DNA of 64,000 nucleotides from Escherichia coli (GTDB lineage Bacteria; Pseudomonadota; Gammaproteobacteria; Enterobacterales; Enterobacteriaceae): NCBI RefSeq assembly GCF_024298765.1, contig NZ_CP101210.1; one strand, 5' to 3'. Shown piece by piece: positions 1 to 10,689 of this stretch (position 1 is its first letter; each line of letters starts with the position of its first letter). The notes under the pieces were generated by a model. It saw only the letters and a program-made list of their open reading frames with translations, ran no database searches and was not told where the DNA came from. The position numbers and the translations under genes were made by a program.

Positions 1-394
1 TATAACGAATGGCTGCGGTCAGGGCTTCAAACATGAGTCCTTTGCCCTGCCATTTTTGCCCAATCGAATAACCGAGATAGCAGGCATGAAAAGAGCCACG
101 AACAACATTGGAAAAATTGGCAACGCCAATAATCTCTTTTTCGTCCGGGTCGAATAAGCCAAAGTAGAAAGCTGAACCTTGTTTATGAAATTCGTTAATC
201 ATCCCCAGCCTGGCCTGCCAGCCTGATGGATAACAGTGGCTTTCGTCGCGCACTGGCTCCCAGGGCTTGAGGAAATGGCGATTCTCTGCGTAATAATCCG
301 CAAGACGCCAGGCATCACGATCATGCACCAGACGCACGACCAGTCGGTCTGTGGTTAAGCGCACTTTTGGCACGTTACTGCGATAGCCAAACAT
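1..394 (-). CDS. rimJ: Ribosomal-protein-S5 alanine N-acetyltransferase RimJ, N-terminal part; the 3' end lies beyond the window start
   Basis: Reverse-strand translation from the ATG at 394 gives [41 protein letters not shown]..., recognised as the RimJ N-terminus; position next to mdtH fits the recalled gene order. Confidence 0.8.
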
Positions 395-629
395 TCTATA
401 CCTACTCCTTCCCGTAACGTCTTTAATACGCTGTAAGTATTACTATACCTGCGCAACCAGACCCTGTGAAAAGTCCAGAATGTCATTTTCTGCATTATTC
501 ACATATTTGATAAAAACTCTCTATCAAAGCGACGTTTTGATAAAAAAATATTGTCCCCGAAGTGATGGGAAAAGTCTTAGCGGCAATGCAGAATAGAAAG
601 TGCTCATCTTTTATTTCCCGGGAGGGGAA

Positions 630-1838
630 ATGTCCCGCGTATCGCAGGCGAGGAACCTGGGTAAATATTTCCTGCTCATCGATAATATGCTGGTCGTGCT
701 GGGGTTCTTTGTTGTCTTCCCGCTGATCTCTATCCGCTTCGTTGATCAAATGGGCTGGGCCGCCGTCATGGTCGGTATTGCCCTCGGCCTACGCCAGTTT
801 ATTCAGCAAGGTCTGGGTATTTTCGGCGGAGCAATTGCCGACCGCTTTGGTGCCAAACCGATGATTGTTACCGGTATGCTGATGCGTGCCGCCGGATTCG
901 CCACAATGGGTATCGCCCACGAACCGTGGCTATTGTGGTTTTCATGCCTGCTTTCGGGACTCGGCGGCACGTTGTTTGATCCTCCGCGTTCGGCGCTGGT
1001 GGTGAAATTAATCCGTCCACAGCAGCGTGGTCGTTTTTTCTCGCTGTTGATGATGCAGGACAGTGCCGGTGCGGTCATTGGCGCATTGTTGGGGAGCTGG
1101 CTGTTGCAATACGACTTTCGCCTGGTCTGCGCCACAGGGGCAGTTTTGTTTGTGCTGTGTGCAGCGTTCAATGCGTGGTTGTTACCGGCATGGAAACTCT
1201 CCACCGTACGCACGCCCGTTCGCGAAGGCATGACCCGCGTGATGCGCGACAAGCGTTTTGTCACCTATGTACTGACGCTGGCGGGTTACTACATGCTGGC
1301 TGTACAAGTGATGCTGATGCTGCCAATTATGGTCAACGACGTGGCGGGCGCGCCCTCTGCCGTTAAATGGATGTATGCCATTGAAGCGTGTCTGTCGTTA
1401 ACGTTGCTCTACCCTATCGCCCGCTGGAGTGAAAAGCATTTTCGTCTGGAACACCGGTTGATGGCTGGGCTATTGATAATGTCATTAAGCATGATGCCGG
1501 TGGGCATGGTCAGCGGTCTGCAACAACTTTTCACCCTGATTTGTCTGTTTTATATCGGGTCAATCATTGCCGAGCCTGCGCGTGAAACCTTAAGTGCTTC
1601 GCTGGCGGACGCAAGAGCTCGCGGCAGCTATATGGGGTTTAGCCGTCTGGGTCTGGCGATTGGCGGCGCTATTGGTTACATCGGTGGCGGCTGGCTGTTT
1701 GACCTGGGCAAATCGGCGCACCAGCCAGAGCTTCCGTGGATGATGCTGGGCATTATTGGCACCTTCACTTTCCTTGCGCTGGGTTGGCAGTTTAGCCAGA
1801 AACGCGCCGCGCGTCGTTTGCTTGAACGCGACGCCTGA
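630..1838 (+). CDS. mdtH: MFS multidrug resistance transporter MdtH
   Basis: ORF 600..1838; the ATG at 630 gives [27 protein letters not shown]..., a hydrophobic 12-TM-like protein of about 402 aa recognised as MdtH. Confidence 0.92.
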   Translation: MSRVSQARNLGKYFLLIDNMLVVLGFFVVFPLISIRFVDQMGWAAVMVGIALGLRQFIQQGLGIFGGAIADRFGAKPMIVTGMLMRAAGFATMGIAHEPWLLWFSCLLSGLGGTLFDPPRSALVVKLIRPQQRGRFFSLLMMQDSAGAVIGALLGSWLLQYDFRLVCATGAVLFVLCAAFNAWLLPAWKLSTVRTPVREGMTRVMRDKRFVTYVLTLAGYYMLAVQVMLMLPIMVNDVAGAPSAVKWMYAIEACLSLTLLYPIARWSEKHFRLEHRLMAGLLIMSLSMMPVGMVSGLQQLFTLICLFYIGSIIAEPARETLSASLADARARGSYMGFSRLGLAIGGAIGYIGGGWLFDLGKSAHQPELPWMMLGIIGTFTFLALGWQFSQKRAARRLLERDA

Positions 1839-1901
1839 TTTGATACTCCCCCCTGACTCCTCCATACTGAAAGTGAACTGACAGCCAAATGGAGGAGTCA
1901 C

Positions 1902-2549
1902 GTGAAGCTATACATTTACGATCACTGCCCTTACTGCCTCAAAGCCCGCATGATTTTCGGCCTGAAAAATATCCCCGTCGAATTACATGTTCTGCTCAAC
2001 GACGACGCAGAAACACCCACCCGGATGGTCGGTCAAAAACAGGTTCCCATTCTGCAAAAAGATGACAGCCGCTATATGCCAGAAAGCATGGACATCGTTC
2101 ACTATGTCGATAAACTCGACGGCAAACCGTTACTGACCGGCAAACGTTCCCCTGCCATTGAAGAGTGGCTGCGCAAGGTCAATGGCTACGCCAACAAACT
2201 GCTGTTGCCGCGTTTTGCCAAATCGGCATTTGATGAGTTTTCTACTCCTGCCGCGCGCAAATATTTCGTCGACAAGAAAGAGGCCAGCGCGGGTAATTTT
2301 GCCGACCTGCTGGCCCACTCTGACGGTCTGATTAAGAATATCAGCGATGATTTACGTGCGCTGGACAAACTGATCGTCAAACCGAACGCCGTGAATGGCG
2401 AACTTTCGGAAGATGATATTCAGCTATTTCCGCTGCTGCGTAATCTGACGCTGGTAGCCGGAATTAACTGGCCAAGCCGCGTTGCTGATTACCGCGATAA
2501 TATGGCGAAACAGACACAAATCAATTTGTTATCATCAATGGCGATTTAA
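1902..2549 (+). CDS. grxB: Glutaredoxin 2
   Basis: 215 aa ORF starting MKLYIYDHCPYCLKARMIFGLKNIPVEL with a CPYC active site; apparent GTG start. Confidence 0.93.
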   Translation: MKLYIYDHCPYCLKARMIFGLKNIPVELHVLLNDDAETPTRMVGQKQVPILQKDDSRYMPESMDIVHYVDKLDGKPLLTGKRSPAIEEWLRKVNGYANKLLLPRFAKSAFDEFSTPAARKYFVDKKEASAGNFADLLAHSDGLIKNISDDLRALDKLIVKPNAVNGELSEDDIQLFPLLRNLTLVAGINWPSRVADYRDNMAKQTQINLLSSMAI

Positions 2550-2682
2550 TCCTGACCCGCCGCGGCAGCCTGTATTCGCGGGTTGCCGCCGTTTTCAGTT
2601 TTTTCTGCTGGCGCGTTTATCGCTGGTGACACATGCTGCGTTGTGTCAGGATATTGACGCAGATTTCATGTCGAGGACTACC

Positions 2683-3243
2683 ATGAACAAGTTTTTATTT
2701 GCCGCTGCATTGATCGTCAGTGGCCTGCTCGTTGGCTGTAATCAACTCACCCAATACACCATCACCGAACAAGAAATTAACCAGTCGCTTGCGAAACATA
2801 ATAATTTCTCAAAAGATATCGGTTTACCCGGCGTGGCTGACGCCCATATTGTTCTGACAAACCTGACCAGCCAAATTGGTCGCGAAGAGCCGAATAAGGT
2901 TACCCTAACCGGAGACGCCAATCTGGACATGAACTCCCTGTTCGGTAGCCAGAAAGCGACCATGAAACTGAAGCTGAAAGCGCTGCCCGTGTTTGATAAA
3001 GAAAAAGGCGCTATCTTCCTGAAAGAGATGGAAGTGGTCGATGCGACGGTACAACCGGAAAAAATGCAAACGGTGATGCAAACGTTGCTTCCCTATTTAA
3101 ACCAGGCATTACGCAATTACTTTAACCAGCAACCTGCTTACGTCCTGCGCGAAGATGGCAGCCAGGGCGAAGCAATGGCGAAGAAACTGGCGAAAGGCAT
3201 TGAAGTGAAGCCAGGCGAAATTGTCATTCCGTTTACTGATTAA
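2683..3243 (+). CDS. yceB: Lipoprotein YceB (DUF1439 family)
   Basis: Internal ATG of ORF 2482..3243 gives MNKFLFAAALIVSGLLVGCNQ..., a lipobox signal peptide; 186 aa. Confidence 0.88.
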   Translation: MNKFLFAAALIVSGLLVGCNQLTQYTITEQEINQSLAKHNNFSKDIGLPGVADAHIVLTNLTSQIGREEPNKVTLTGDANLDMNSLFGSQKATMKLKLKALPVFDKEKGAIFLKEMEVVDATVQPEKMQTVMQTLLPYLNQALRNYFNQQPAYVLREDGSQGEAMAKKLAKGIEVKPGEIVIPFTD

Positions 3244-3348
3244 TCACGAGGGCGCATTCGCGCCCTTTATTTTTCGTGCAAAGGAAAACGTTTCCGCTTA
3301 TCCTTTGTGTCCGGCAAAAACATCCCTTCAGCCGGAGCATAGAGATTA

Positions 3349-4395
3349 ATGACTGCACCATCCCAGGTATTAAAGATCCGCCGCCCAGACGACTGGCACC
3401 TTCACCTCCGCGATGGCGACATGTTAAAAACTGTCGTGCCGTATACCAGCGAAATTTATGGACGGGCTATCGTAATGCCCAATCTGGCTCCGCCCGTGAC
3501 CACCGTTGAGGCTGCCGTGGCGTATCGCCAGCGCATTCTTGACGCCGTACCTGCCGGGCATGATTTCACCCCATTGATGACCTGTTATTTAACAGATTCG
3601 CTGGATCCTAATGAGCTGGAGCGCGGATTTAACGAAGGCGTGTTCACCGCTGCAAAACTTTACCCGGCAAACGCAACCACTAACTCCAGTCACGGCGTGA
3701 CGTCAGTTGACGCAATCATGCCGGTATTAGAGCGCATGGAAAAAATCGGTATGCCGCTACTGGTGCATGGTGAAGTGACACATGCAGATATCGACATTTT
3801 TGATCGTGAAGCGCGCTTTATAGAAAGCGTGATGGAACCGCTACGCCAGCGTCTGACTGCGCTGAAAGTCGTTTTTGAGCACATCACCACCAAAGACGCT
3901 GCCGACTATGTCCGTGACGGAAATGAACGGCTGGCTGCCACCATCACTCCGCAGCATCTGATGTTTAACCGCAACCATATGCTGGTTGGTGGCGTGCGTC
4001 CGCACCTGTATTGTCTACCCATCCTCAAACGCAATATCCACCAACAGGCATTGCGTGAACTGGTCGCCAGCGGTTTTAATCGCGTATTCCTCGGTACGGA
4101 TTCTGCGCCGCATGCACGTCATCGCAAAGAGAGCAGCTGCGGCTGCGCGGGCTGCTTCAACGCCCCAACCGCGCTGGGCAGTTACGCTACCGTCTTTGAA
4201 GAGATGAATGCTCTGCAGCACTTTGAAGCATTCTGTTCTGTAAACGGCCCACAGTTCTATGGCTTGCCGGTCAACGACACATTCATCGAACTGGTCCGCA
4301 AAGAGCAACAGGTTGCTGAAAGCATCGCATTGACTGATGACACGCTGGTGCCATTCCTCGCCGGGGAAACGGTACGCTGGTCCGTTAAACAATAA
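3349..4395 (+). CDS. pyrC: Dihydroorotase
   Basis: 348 aa [30 protein letters not shown]... with the HxH metal-binding motif; recognised as PyrC. Confidence 0.95.
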   Translation: MTAPSQVLKIRRPDDWHLHLRDGDMLKTVVPYTSEIYGRAIVMPNLAPPVTTVEAAVAYRQRILDAVPAGHDFTPLMTCYLTDSLDPNELERGFNEGVFTAAKLYPANATTNSSHGVTSVDAIMPVLERMEKIGMPLLVHGEVTHADIDIFDREARFIESVMEPLRQRLTALKVVFEHITTKDAADYVRDGNERLAATITPQHLMFNRNHMLVGGVRPHLYCLPILKRNIHQQALRELVASGFNRVFLGTDSAPHARHRKESSCGCAGCFNAPTALGSYATVFEEMNALQHFEAFCSVNGPQFYGLPVNDTFIELVRKEQQVAESIALTDDTLVPFLAGETVRWSVKQ

Positions 4396-4431
4396 AAATC
4401 GTAGCTTCCTGTTGTCATTAGGTTATTTTAA

Positions 4432-4447
4432 CTGTATAAATAACCAG
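4432..4447. promoter_or_regulatory. LexA (SOS) box upstream of dinI
   Basis: CTGTATAAATAACCAG fits the CTGT-N8-ACAG LexA consensus about 20 bp upstream of the dinI start codon. Confidence 0.7.
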
Positions 4448-4468
4448 TATATTCAACAGGGGGCTATT

Positions 4469-4714
4469 ATGCGAATTGAAGTCACCATAGCGAAAACTTC
4501 TCCATTGCCAGCTGGGGCTATTGACGCCCTGGCTGGCGAACTTTCCCGCCGTATTCAGTATGCGTTTCCTGATAATGAAGGCCACGTATCGGTACGTTAT
4601 GCCGCAGCGAATAATTTATCGGTTATTGGCGCGACAAAAGAAGATAAACAGCGCATTAGCGAAATTCTCCAGGAAACGTGGGAAAGCGCCGATGACTGGT
4701 TTGTCAGCGAATAA
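4469..4714 (+). CDS. dinI: DNA damage-inducible protein I
   Basis: 81 aa MRIEVTIAKTSPLPAGAIDALAGELSRRIQYAFPDNEGHVSVRY... from an internal ATG of ORF 4337..4714. Confidence 0.93.
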   Translation: MRIEVTIAKTSPLPAGAIDALAGELSRRIQYAFPDNEGHVSVRYAAANNLSVIGATKEDKQRISEILQETWESADDWFVSE

Positions 4715-5003
4715 TATGCAGTGATTTTTGTTTTTGCCGGGTCGCCCCGGCTTTTTTATTTTACTTGCGAATTGTGAGTACAAAATTTCTACACTTCCTC
4801 AAAATAATTGCACAATATGCTAAAAAAATATGAATGACATGCTGTTTTATTGTTCATATAAATCTTAAAAGCAAAAATTTATCTGTTCCCCCCTTTAAAA
4901 ATTCGGTGAATACCCTTACTTATTGGTATACTGAAGTTGCTTCAGATAAAAACGCATTGAACCTCGAATAACGTTGTCTAGTAACACGAATTAGGGGGCC
5001 ATG

Positions 5004-5258
5004 ATGGAAAAAAATAATGAAGTCATTCAGACTCATCCGCTCGTAGGGTGGGACATCAGCACCGTTGATAGCTATGATGCGCTGATGTTGCGTTTGCACT
5101 ACCAGACCCCAAATAAGTCCGAGCAGGAAGGGACTGAAGTTGGTCAGACGCTCTGGTTAACCACTGATGTTGCCAGACAATTTATTTCGATATTAGAAGC
5201 AGGAATCGCCAAAATTGAATCCGGTGATTTCCCGGTAAACGAGTATCGGCGTCATTAA
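5004..5258 (+). CDS. bssS: Biofilm regulator BssS
   Basis: ORF 5001..5258; MEKNNEVIQTHPLVGWDISTVDSYDALMLRLHYQT... recognised as BssS (84 aa). Confidence 0.9.
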   Translation: MEKNNEVIQTHPLVGWDISTVDSYDALMLRLHYQTPNKSEQEGTEVGQTLWLTTDVARQFISILEAGIAKIESGDFPVNEYRRH

Positions 5259-5372
5259 CATGACATGACCATCCACCCAAAAGGCACCTCACCGGTGCCT
5301 TTACCATTTCTGGGTTGTATATCTGCATTCAGTTAATTACTCTGCTTAAACCATGAGAGCAGAGAGAAAAAA

Positions 5373-6491
5373 ATGAAATACGATCTCATCATTATTGGCA
5401 GCGGTTCCGTAGGCGCTGCCGCCGGGTATTATGCAACCCGTGCCGGTTTAAACGTGCTAATGACCGACGCCCATATGCCACCGCATCAACACGGCAGCCA
5501 CCACGGCGATACGCGATTAATTCGCCATGCTTATGGTGAAGGCGAAAAGTATGTCCCGCTGGTTCTCCGCGCGCAAACGCTGTGGGATGAACTCTCCCGC
5601 CACAACGAAGAAGATCCCATTTTTGTACGCTCTGGCGTCATTAACCTTGGCCCGGCTGATTCCACATTTCTCGCCAACGTCGCCCACAGCGCCGAACAAT
5701 GGCAACTCAACGTTGAAAAGCTCGATGCGCAAGGGATTATGGCCCGCTGGCCAGAAATACGCGTCCCGGACAACTACATCGGCTTATTTGAGACTGATTC
5801 CGGCTTTTTACGCAGCGAACTGGCGATTAAAACCTGGATCCAACTGGCGAAGGAAGCGGGCTGTGCGCAGCTGTTCAACTGCCCGGTCACCGCAATTCGT
5901 CATGACGATGATGGCGTAACTATTGAAACGGCTGACGGTGAGTATCAGGCGAAAAAAGCGATTGTCTGCGCGGGAACATGGGTAAAAGACCTGCTCCCGG
6001 AGTTGCCTGTCCAGCCCGTACGCAAAGTATTTGCCTGGTATCAGGCCGATGGGCGCTATAGCGTGAAGAATAAATTCCCGGCGTTTACCGGTGAACTTCC
6101 CAATGGCGATCAATATTATGGTTTTCCGGCAGAAAACGACGCGTTGAAGATTGGCAAACATAACGGAGGCCAGGTTATCCATTCAGCGGATGAACGTGTT
6201 CCGTTTGCGGAAGTGGTCAGCGATGGTTCGGAAGCCTTCCCGTTCTTGCGCAATGTATTGCCGGGTATCGGTTGCTGCCTGTACGGCGCCGCCTGCACCT
6301 ATGATAATTCGCCTGACGAAGATTTTATTATCGATACCCTACCCGGCCACGATAATACACTGCTCATTACCGGCCTGAGTGGGCACGGTTTTAAATTTGC
6401 GTCAGTTTTAGGGGAAATAGCTGCCGATTTTGCGCAAGACAAAAAAAGCGATTTTGATTTGACGCCATTCAGGCTTTCCCGCTTCCAATAA
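5373..6491 (+). CDS. solA: N-methyl-L-tryptophan oxidase
   Basis: 372 aa ORF with N-terminal FAD-binding GxGxxG ([21 protein letters not shown]...). Confidence 0.93.
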   Translation: MKYDLIIIGSGSVGAAAGYYATRAGLNVLMTDAHMPPHQHGSHHGDTRLIRHAYGEGEKYVPLVLRAQTLWDELSRHNEEDPIFVRSGVINLGPADSTFLANVAHSAEQWQLNVEKLDAQGIMARWPEIRVPDNYIGLFETDSGFLRSELAIKTWIQLAKEAGCAQLFNCPVTAIRHDDDGVTIETADGEYQAKKAIVCAGTWVKDLLPELPVQPVRKVFAWYQADGRYSVKNKFPAFTGELPNGDQYYGFPAENDALKIGKHNGGQVIHSADERVPFAEVVSDGSEAFPFLRNVLPGIGCCLYGAACTYDNSPDEDFIIDTLPGHDNTLLITGLSGHGFKFASVLGEIAADFAQDKKSDFDLTPFRLSRFQ

Positions 6492-6510
6492 TCATCATTA
6501 CGGCCTCCAG

Positions 6511-6651
6511 AATGAGGCCGTTTTTACAGGAGTATTTAATGCGTCGGCTGTTGCACTATCTCATCAATAATATTCGCGAGCATCTGATGCTTTATCTTTT
6601 TCTCTGGGGATTGTTGGCAATTATGGATCTGATCTATGTGTATTATTTTTA
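6511..6651 (+). CDS. yceO: Small protein YceO (46 aa)
   Basis: Translating by hand from the ATG at 6511 gives [46 protein letters not shown] then stop; below the ORF-track length cutoff; matches recalled YceO. Confidence 0.7.
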
Positions 6652-6912
6652 GTTTTCCGCACTGACATAAACTGACAAATATTTAATCCCCCTTTCATTT
6701 AGCGTGAAAAATTGAATGAGATTATTCCTGCTTCAACAGCACTCACCAGACATCTCTGATGCTGAACCCACTAAACTTATGAAGATTCTTTCATTATTAA
6801 TTCAAAATTATTGAAATAAAAATAAATATCATTCAAATTGTTATTTTTGTGTTGCAATTCATTCTCCGACACGCCATTTTCTTTCTCTCGCAAAGTCGTT
6901 TTGGATGCACTT

Positions 6913-7479
6913 ATGTCATTCACAAATACCCCTGAACGCTATGGTGTTATATCTGCGGCCTTCCATTGGCTAAGCGCAATTATTGTCTACGGCATGTTTG
7001 CTTTAGGTCTGTGGATGGTCACGCTCAGTTATTACGATGGCTGGTATCACCAGGCACCCGAACTGCATAAAAGCATCGGTATTTTGTTAATGATGGGGCT
7101 GGTTATTCGCGTTCTGTGGCGCGTCATATCTCCACCGCCGGGTCCGCTGCAGAGTTATTCGCCCATGACTCGTCTTGGCGCAAAGGCTGGACATCTCGCA
7201 TTGTACTTATTGCTGTTCGCCATCGGCATCAGCGGCTATCTGATCTCAACTGCCGATGGTAAACCGATCAGCGTTTTTGGCTGGTTTGACGTCCCCGCGA
7301 CCCTCGCCGACGCTGGCGCACAGGCTGACTTTGCCGGTGCCCTGCATTTTTGGCTCGCGTGGAGCGTCGTAGTACTGTCCGTTATGCACGGATTTATGGC
7401 CCTGAAGCATCATTTCATCGATAAAGACGACACTCTGAAGCGCATGCTGGGAAAGTCGTCATCTGACTATGGAGTATAA
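6913..7479 (+). CDS. yceJ: Cytochrome b561 homolog YceJ
   Basis: Internal ATG of ORF 6838..7479 gives MSFTNTPERYGVISAAFHWLSAIIVYGMF... (188 aa, multi-TM). Confidence 0.88.
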   Translation: MSFTNTPERYGVISAAFHWLSAIIVYGMFALGLWMVTLSYYDGWYHQAPELHKSIGILLMMGLVIRVLWRVISPPPGPLQSYSPMTRLGAKAGHLALYLLLFAIGISGYLISTADGKPISVFGWFDVPATLADAGAQADFAGALHFWLAWSVVVLSVMHGFMALKHHFIDKDDTLKRMLGKSSSDYGV

Positions 7480-7482
7480 AAA

Positions 7483-8058
7483 ATGAAAAAAAGCCTGCTT
7501 GGTTTAACCTTCGCTTCCCTGATGTTCTCTGCCGGTTCAGCGGTTGCCGCCGATTACAAAATTGACAAAGAAGGTCAGCACGCCTTTGTTAACTTCCGCA
7601 TACAGCACCTTGGCTATAGCTGGTTATACGGCACCTTTAAAGATTTCGACGGTACTTTTACCTTTGATGAAAAAAATCCAGCTGCCGATAAAGTGAATGT
7701 GACAATTAACACCACCAGCGTCGATACTAATCACGCCGAACGCGATAAACATCTTCGCAGTGCAGATTTCCTCAATACTGCAAAATATCCACAGGCAACA
7801 TTCACCTCCACCAGCGTGAAGAAAGACGGTGACGAACTGGATATTACCGGCGATCTGACGCTGAATGGCGTAACCAAACCCGTCACGCTGGAAGCGAAAT
7901 TAATTGGTCAGGGCGACGACCCATGGGGTGGTAAACGTGCAGGCTTCGAGGCCGAAGGCAAAATTAAGCTCAAGGACTTCAATATCAAAACAGATTTAGG
8001 TCCAGCTTCTCAGGAAGTGGATCTGATTATTTCAGTGGAAGGCGTACAGCAGAAGTAA
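7483..8058 (+). CDS. yceI: Periplasmic polyisoprenoid-binding protein YceI
   Basis: 191 aa ORF with signal peptide [22 protein letters not shown]; 4 bp after the yceJ stop. Confidence 0.92.
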
Positions 8059-8099
8059 GCGTGAAATGTTGCCGGATGGCACGCATCCGGCAATGATAT

Positions 8100-9152
8100 T
8101 TATTCTGTTGGATCAGGAATGCCCAGTGTTGTATTCAGACGTCCACGAGACTTATTAAAGATCTTATTGCCATTTTCACGTCCTGCCCGACGGCGTCGCT
8201 GTTCTTCAGACGGTAACGCGCTTTCTTCGCAGCAAATCTCACTACAACAACCTTTGTATTTTTCCGCACATACTGGACACTGAATAAAAAGCAGGTGGCA
8301 GCCATCATTTTTACAGTTGGTATGGCTGTCGCACGGCGCACCGCACTGGTGGCAATGCGCGATAATCTCATCAGAGATACGTTCGCCCATCCGCTCGTCA
8401 AAAACAAAATTTTTGCCAATAAAACGTACCGGTAAACCCTGCTCGCGCGCCTTGCGGGCGTATTCAATAATTCCGCCCTCGATATGCCAGACTTTATTGA
8501 ATCCGTTATGTTTCATCCAGGCACTGGCCTTTTCACAACGAATGCCGCCGGTGCAGTACATAACGATTTTTTTATCTTTATGTGCCTGCATCATCTCGAC
8601 TGCTTTTGGCAGCTGCTCACGGAAGGTATCTGCCGGAATTTCCAGCGCGTTTTCAAAGTGCCCCACTTCATACTCATAGTGGTTACGCATGTCGATAAAC
8701 AATGCATCGGGATCGTCAAGCATGGCGTTCACTTCCGCCGCTTGCAGATACTCACCCACATTGCTGGCATCAAAGTGAGGATCGTTAATACCGTCGGCAA
8801 CGATACGATCACGGACCTTCATGCGCAGTACCCAGAAGGATTTCCCGTCATCATCCAACGCGATATTCAGGCGTAAGCCCTCTAAAGCCGGGTCGAAGGC
8901 ATAAAGCTGCGCGCGAAATGTTTCAACATTGCTCGCAGGTACGCTGATTTGCGCGTTAATGCCCTCATGCGCCAGATACACTCGCCCAAAAACATCCAGC
9001 GCGGTAAACAGCTGATATAAAGCGTCACGGGTCGCCTTAGGATCGGCGATGTGGAAGTACTTATAAAACGAAATGGTGGTTCGCGGTTCGCTCTCAGCCA
9101 ACATTTTGGCTTTTAACGCGTCGTTGGAAATGCGGTTGTGTAACACTGGCAT
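8100..9152 (-). CDS. yceA: Rhodanese-domain protein YceA (tRNA uridine hydroxylase TrhO family)
   Basis: ORF 8100..9206 (-); internal start [35 protein letters not shown]...; C-terminal Cys-rich region. Confidence 0.88.
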   Translation of the reverse strand: MPVLHNRISNDALKAKMLAESEPRTTISFYKYFHIADPKATRDALYQLFTALDVFGRVYLAHEGINAQISVPASNVETFRAQLYAFDPALEGLRLNIALDDDGKSFWVLRMKVRDRIVADGINDPHFDASNVGEYLQAAEVNAMLDDPDALFIDMRNHYEYEVGHFENALEIPADTFREQLPKAVEMMQAHKDKKIVMYCTGGIRCEKASAWMKHNGFNKVWHIEGGIIEYARKAREQGLPVRFIGKNFVFDERMGERISDEIIAHCHQCGAPCDSHTNCKNDGCHLLFIQCPVCAEKYKGCCSEICCEESALPSEEQRRRRAGRENGNKIFNKSRGRLNTTLGIPDPTE

Positions 9153-9376
9153 GGTGTACGGTTCCTGCGAGATGGGAAAGTAAAAATCCGCGGCATGATA
9201 TAGCAATTATCGATAATTAACATCCACACATTTTACGCTACATTTGCGCATTAAAAATTATTTGTTATTTACAAGCGCGGCAATTTCGCCCAGTCTTCAG
9301 CCACAAATTTTGGTTGCGGGCGAAAAAATGCGACAATACATACAATTGCCCGAATAGGTTGAAAAACAGGATTGAT

Positions 9377-10297
9377 ATGACGAATCTACCCAAGTTCTCC
9401 ACCGCACTGCTTCATCCGCGTTATTGGTTAACCTGGTTGGGTATTGGCGTACTTTGGTTAGTCGTGCAATTGCCCTACCCGGTTATCTACCGCCTCGGTT
9501 GTGGATTAGGAAAACTTGCGTTACGTTTTATGAAACGACGCGCAAAAATTGTGCATCGCAACCTGGAACTGTGCTTCCCGGAAATGAGCGAACAAGAACG
9601 CCGTAAAATGGTGGTGAAGAATTTCGAATCCGTTGGCATGGGACTGATGGAAACTGGCATGGCGTGGTTCTGGCCGGACCGCAGAATCGCCCGCTGGACG
9701 GAAGTGATCGGCATGGAACACATTCGTGACGTGCAGGCGCAAAAACGCGGCATCCTGTTAGTTGGCATCCATTTTCTGACACTGGAGCTTGGTGCGCGGC
9801 AGTTTGGTATGCAGGAACCGGGGATTGGCGTTTACCGCCCGAACGATAATCCACTGATTGACTGGCTACAAACCTGGGGCCGTTTGCGCTCAAATAAATC
9901 GATGCTCGACCGCAAAGATTTAAAAGGCATGATTAAAGCCCTGAAAAAAGGCGAAGTGGTCTGGTACGCACCGGATCATGATTACGGCCCGCGCTCAAGC
10001 GTTTTCGTCCCGTTGTTTGCCGTTGAGCAGGCTGCGACCACAACCGGAACCTGGATGCTGGCACGGATGTCCGGCGCATGTCTGGTGCCCTTCGTTCCAC
10101 GCCGTAAGCCAGATGGCAAAGGGTATCAGTTGATTATGCTGCCGCCAGAGTGTTCTCCGCCGCTGGATGATGCCGAAACTACCGCCGCGTGGATGAACAA
10201 AGTGGTCGAAAAATGCATCATGATGGCACCAGAGCAGTATATGTGGTTACACCGTCGCTTTAAAACACGCCCGGAAGGCGTTCCTTCACGCTATTAA
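9377..10297 (+). CDS. lpxL: Lipid A biosynthesis lauroyltransferase
   Basis: Internal ATG of ORF 9314..10297 gives [35 protein letters not shown]... (306 aa), recognised as LpxL/HtrB. Confidence 0.92.
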
Positions 10298-10468
10298 ATC
10301 TCCCATGCCGGATGCTTCAGAAGGGTATCCGGCATTACCACAGCAAATCCCCCTGATTTAGCGATAAAAGCTCTCTGGATTGCGCCCCCTGGAAGTCGGG
10401 CGCATAATTAGTGTGCTTATCTTTTCTTCTTATGTTCACCGCGCCTGGCGCACCAACAGCGGATTGCT

Positions 10469-10654
10469 ATGTCACCCTGTGAAAATGACACCCCTATAAA
10501 CTGGAAACGAAACCTGATCGTCGCCTGGCTAGGCTGTTTTCTTACCGGTGCCGCCTTCAGCCTGGTAATGCCCTTCTTACCCCTCTACGTTGAGCAGCTT
10601 GGCGTTACCGGCCACTCCGCCCTGAATATGTGGTCCGGTATTGTCTTCAGTATA
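10469..10654 (+). pseudogene. mdtG: mdtG 5' fragment (first ~62 codons), truncated by an insertion
   Basis: [62 protein letters not shown] then reads into foreign sequence (MGP-stop); the rest of MdtG resumes about 4.3 kb downstream. Confidence 0.85.
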
Positions 10655-10689
10655 ATGGGTCCCTAAACACATCATTTTAGGTATTGAAT

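Noticed and set aside
803-1264. 153 aa antisense ORF inside mdtH
   Set aside because: Entirely embedded opposite a well-supported transporter gene; GC-rich codon-opposite frames routinely give such ORFs.
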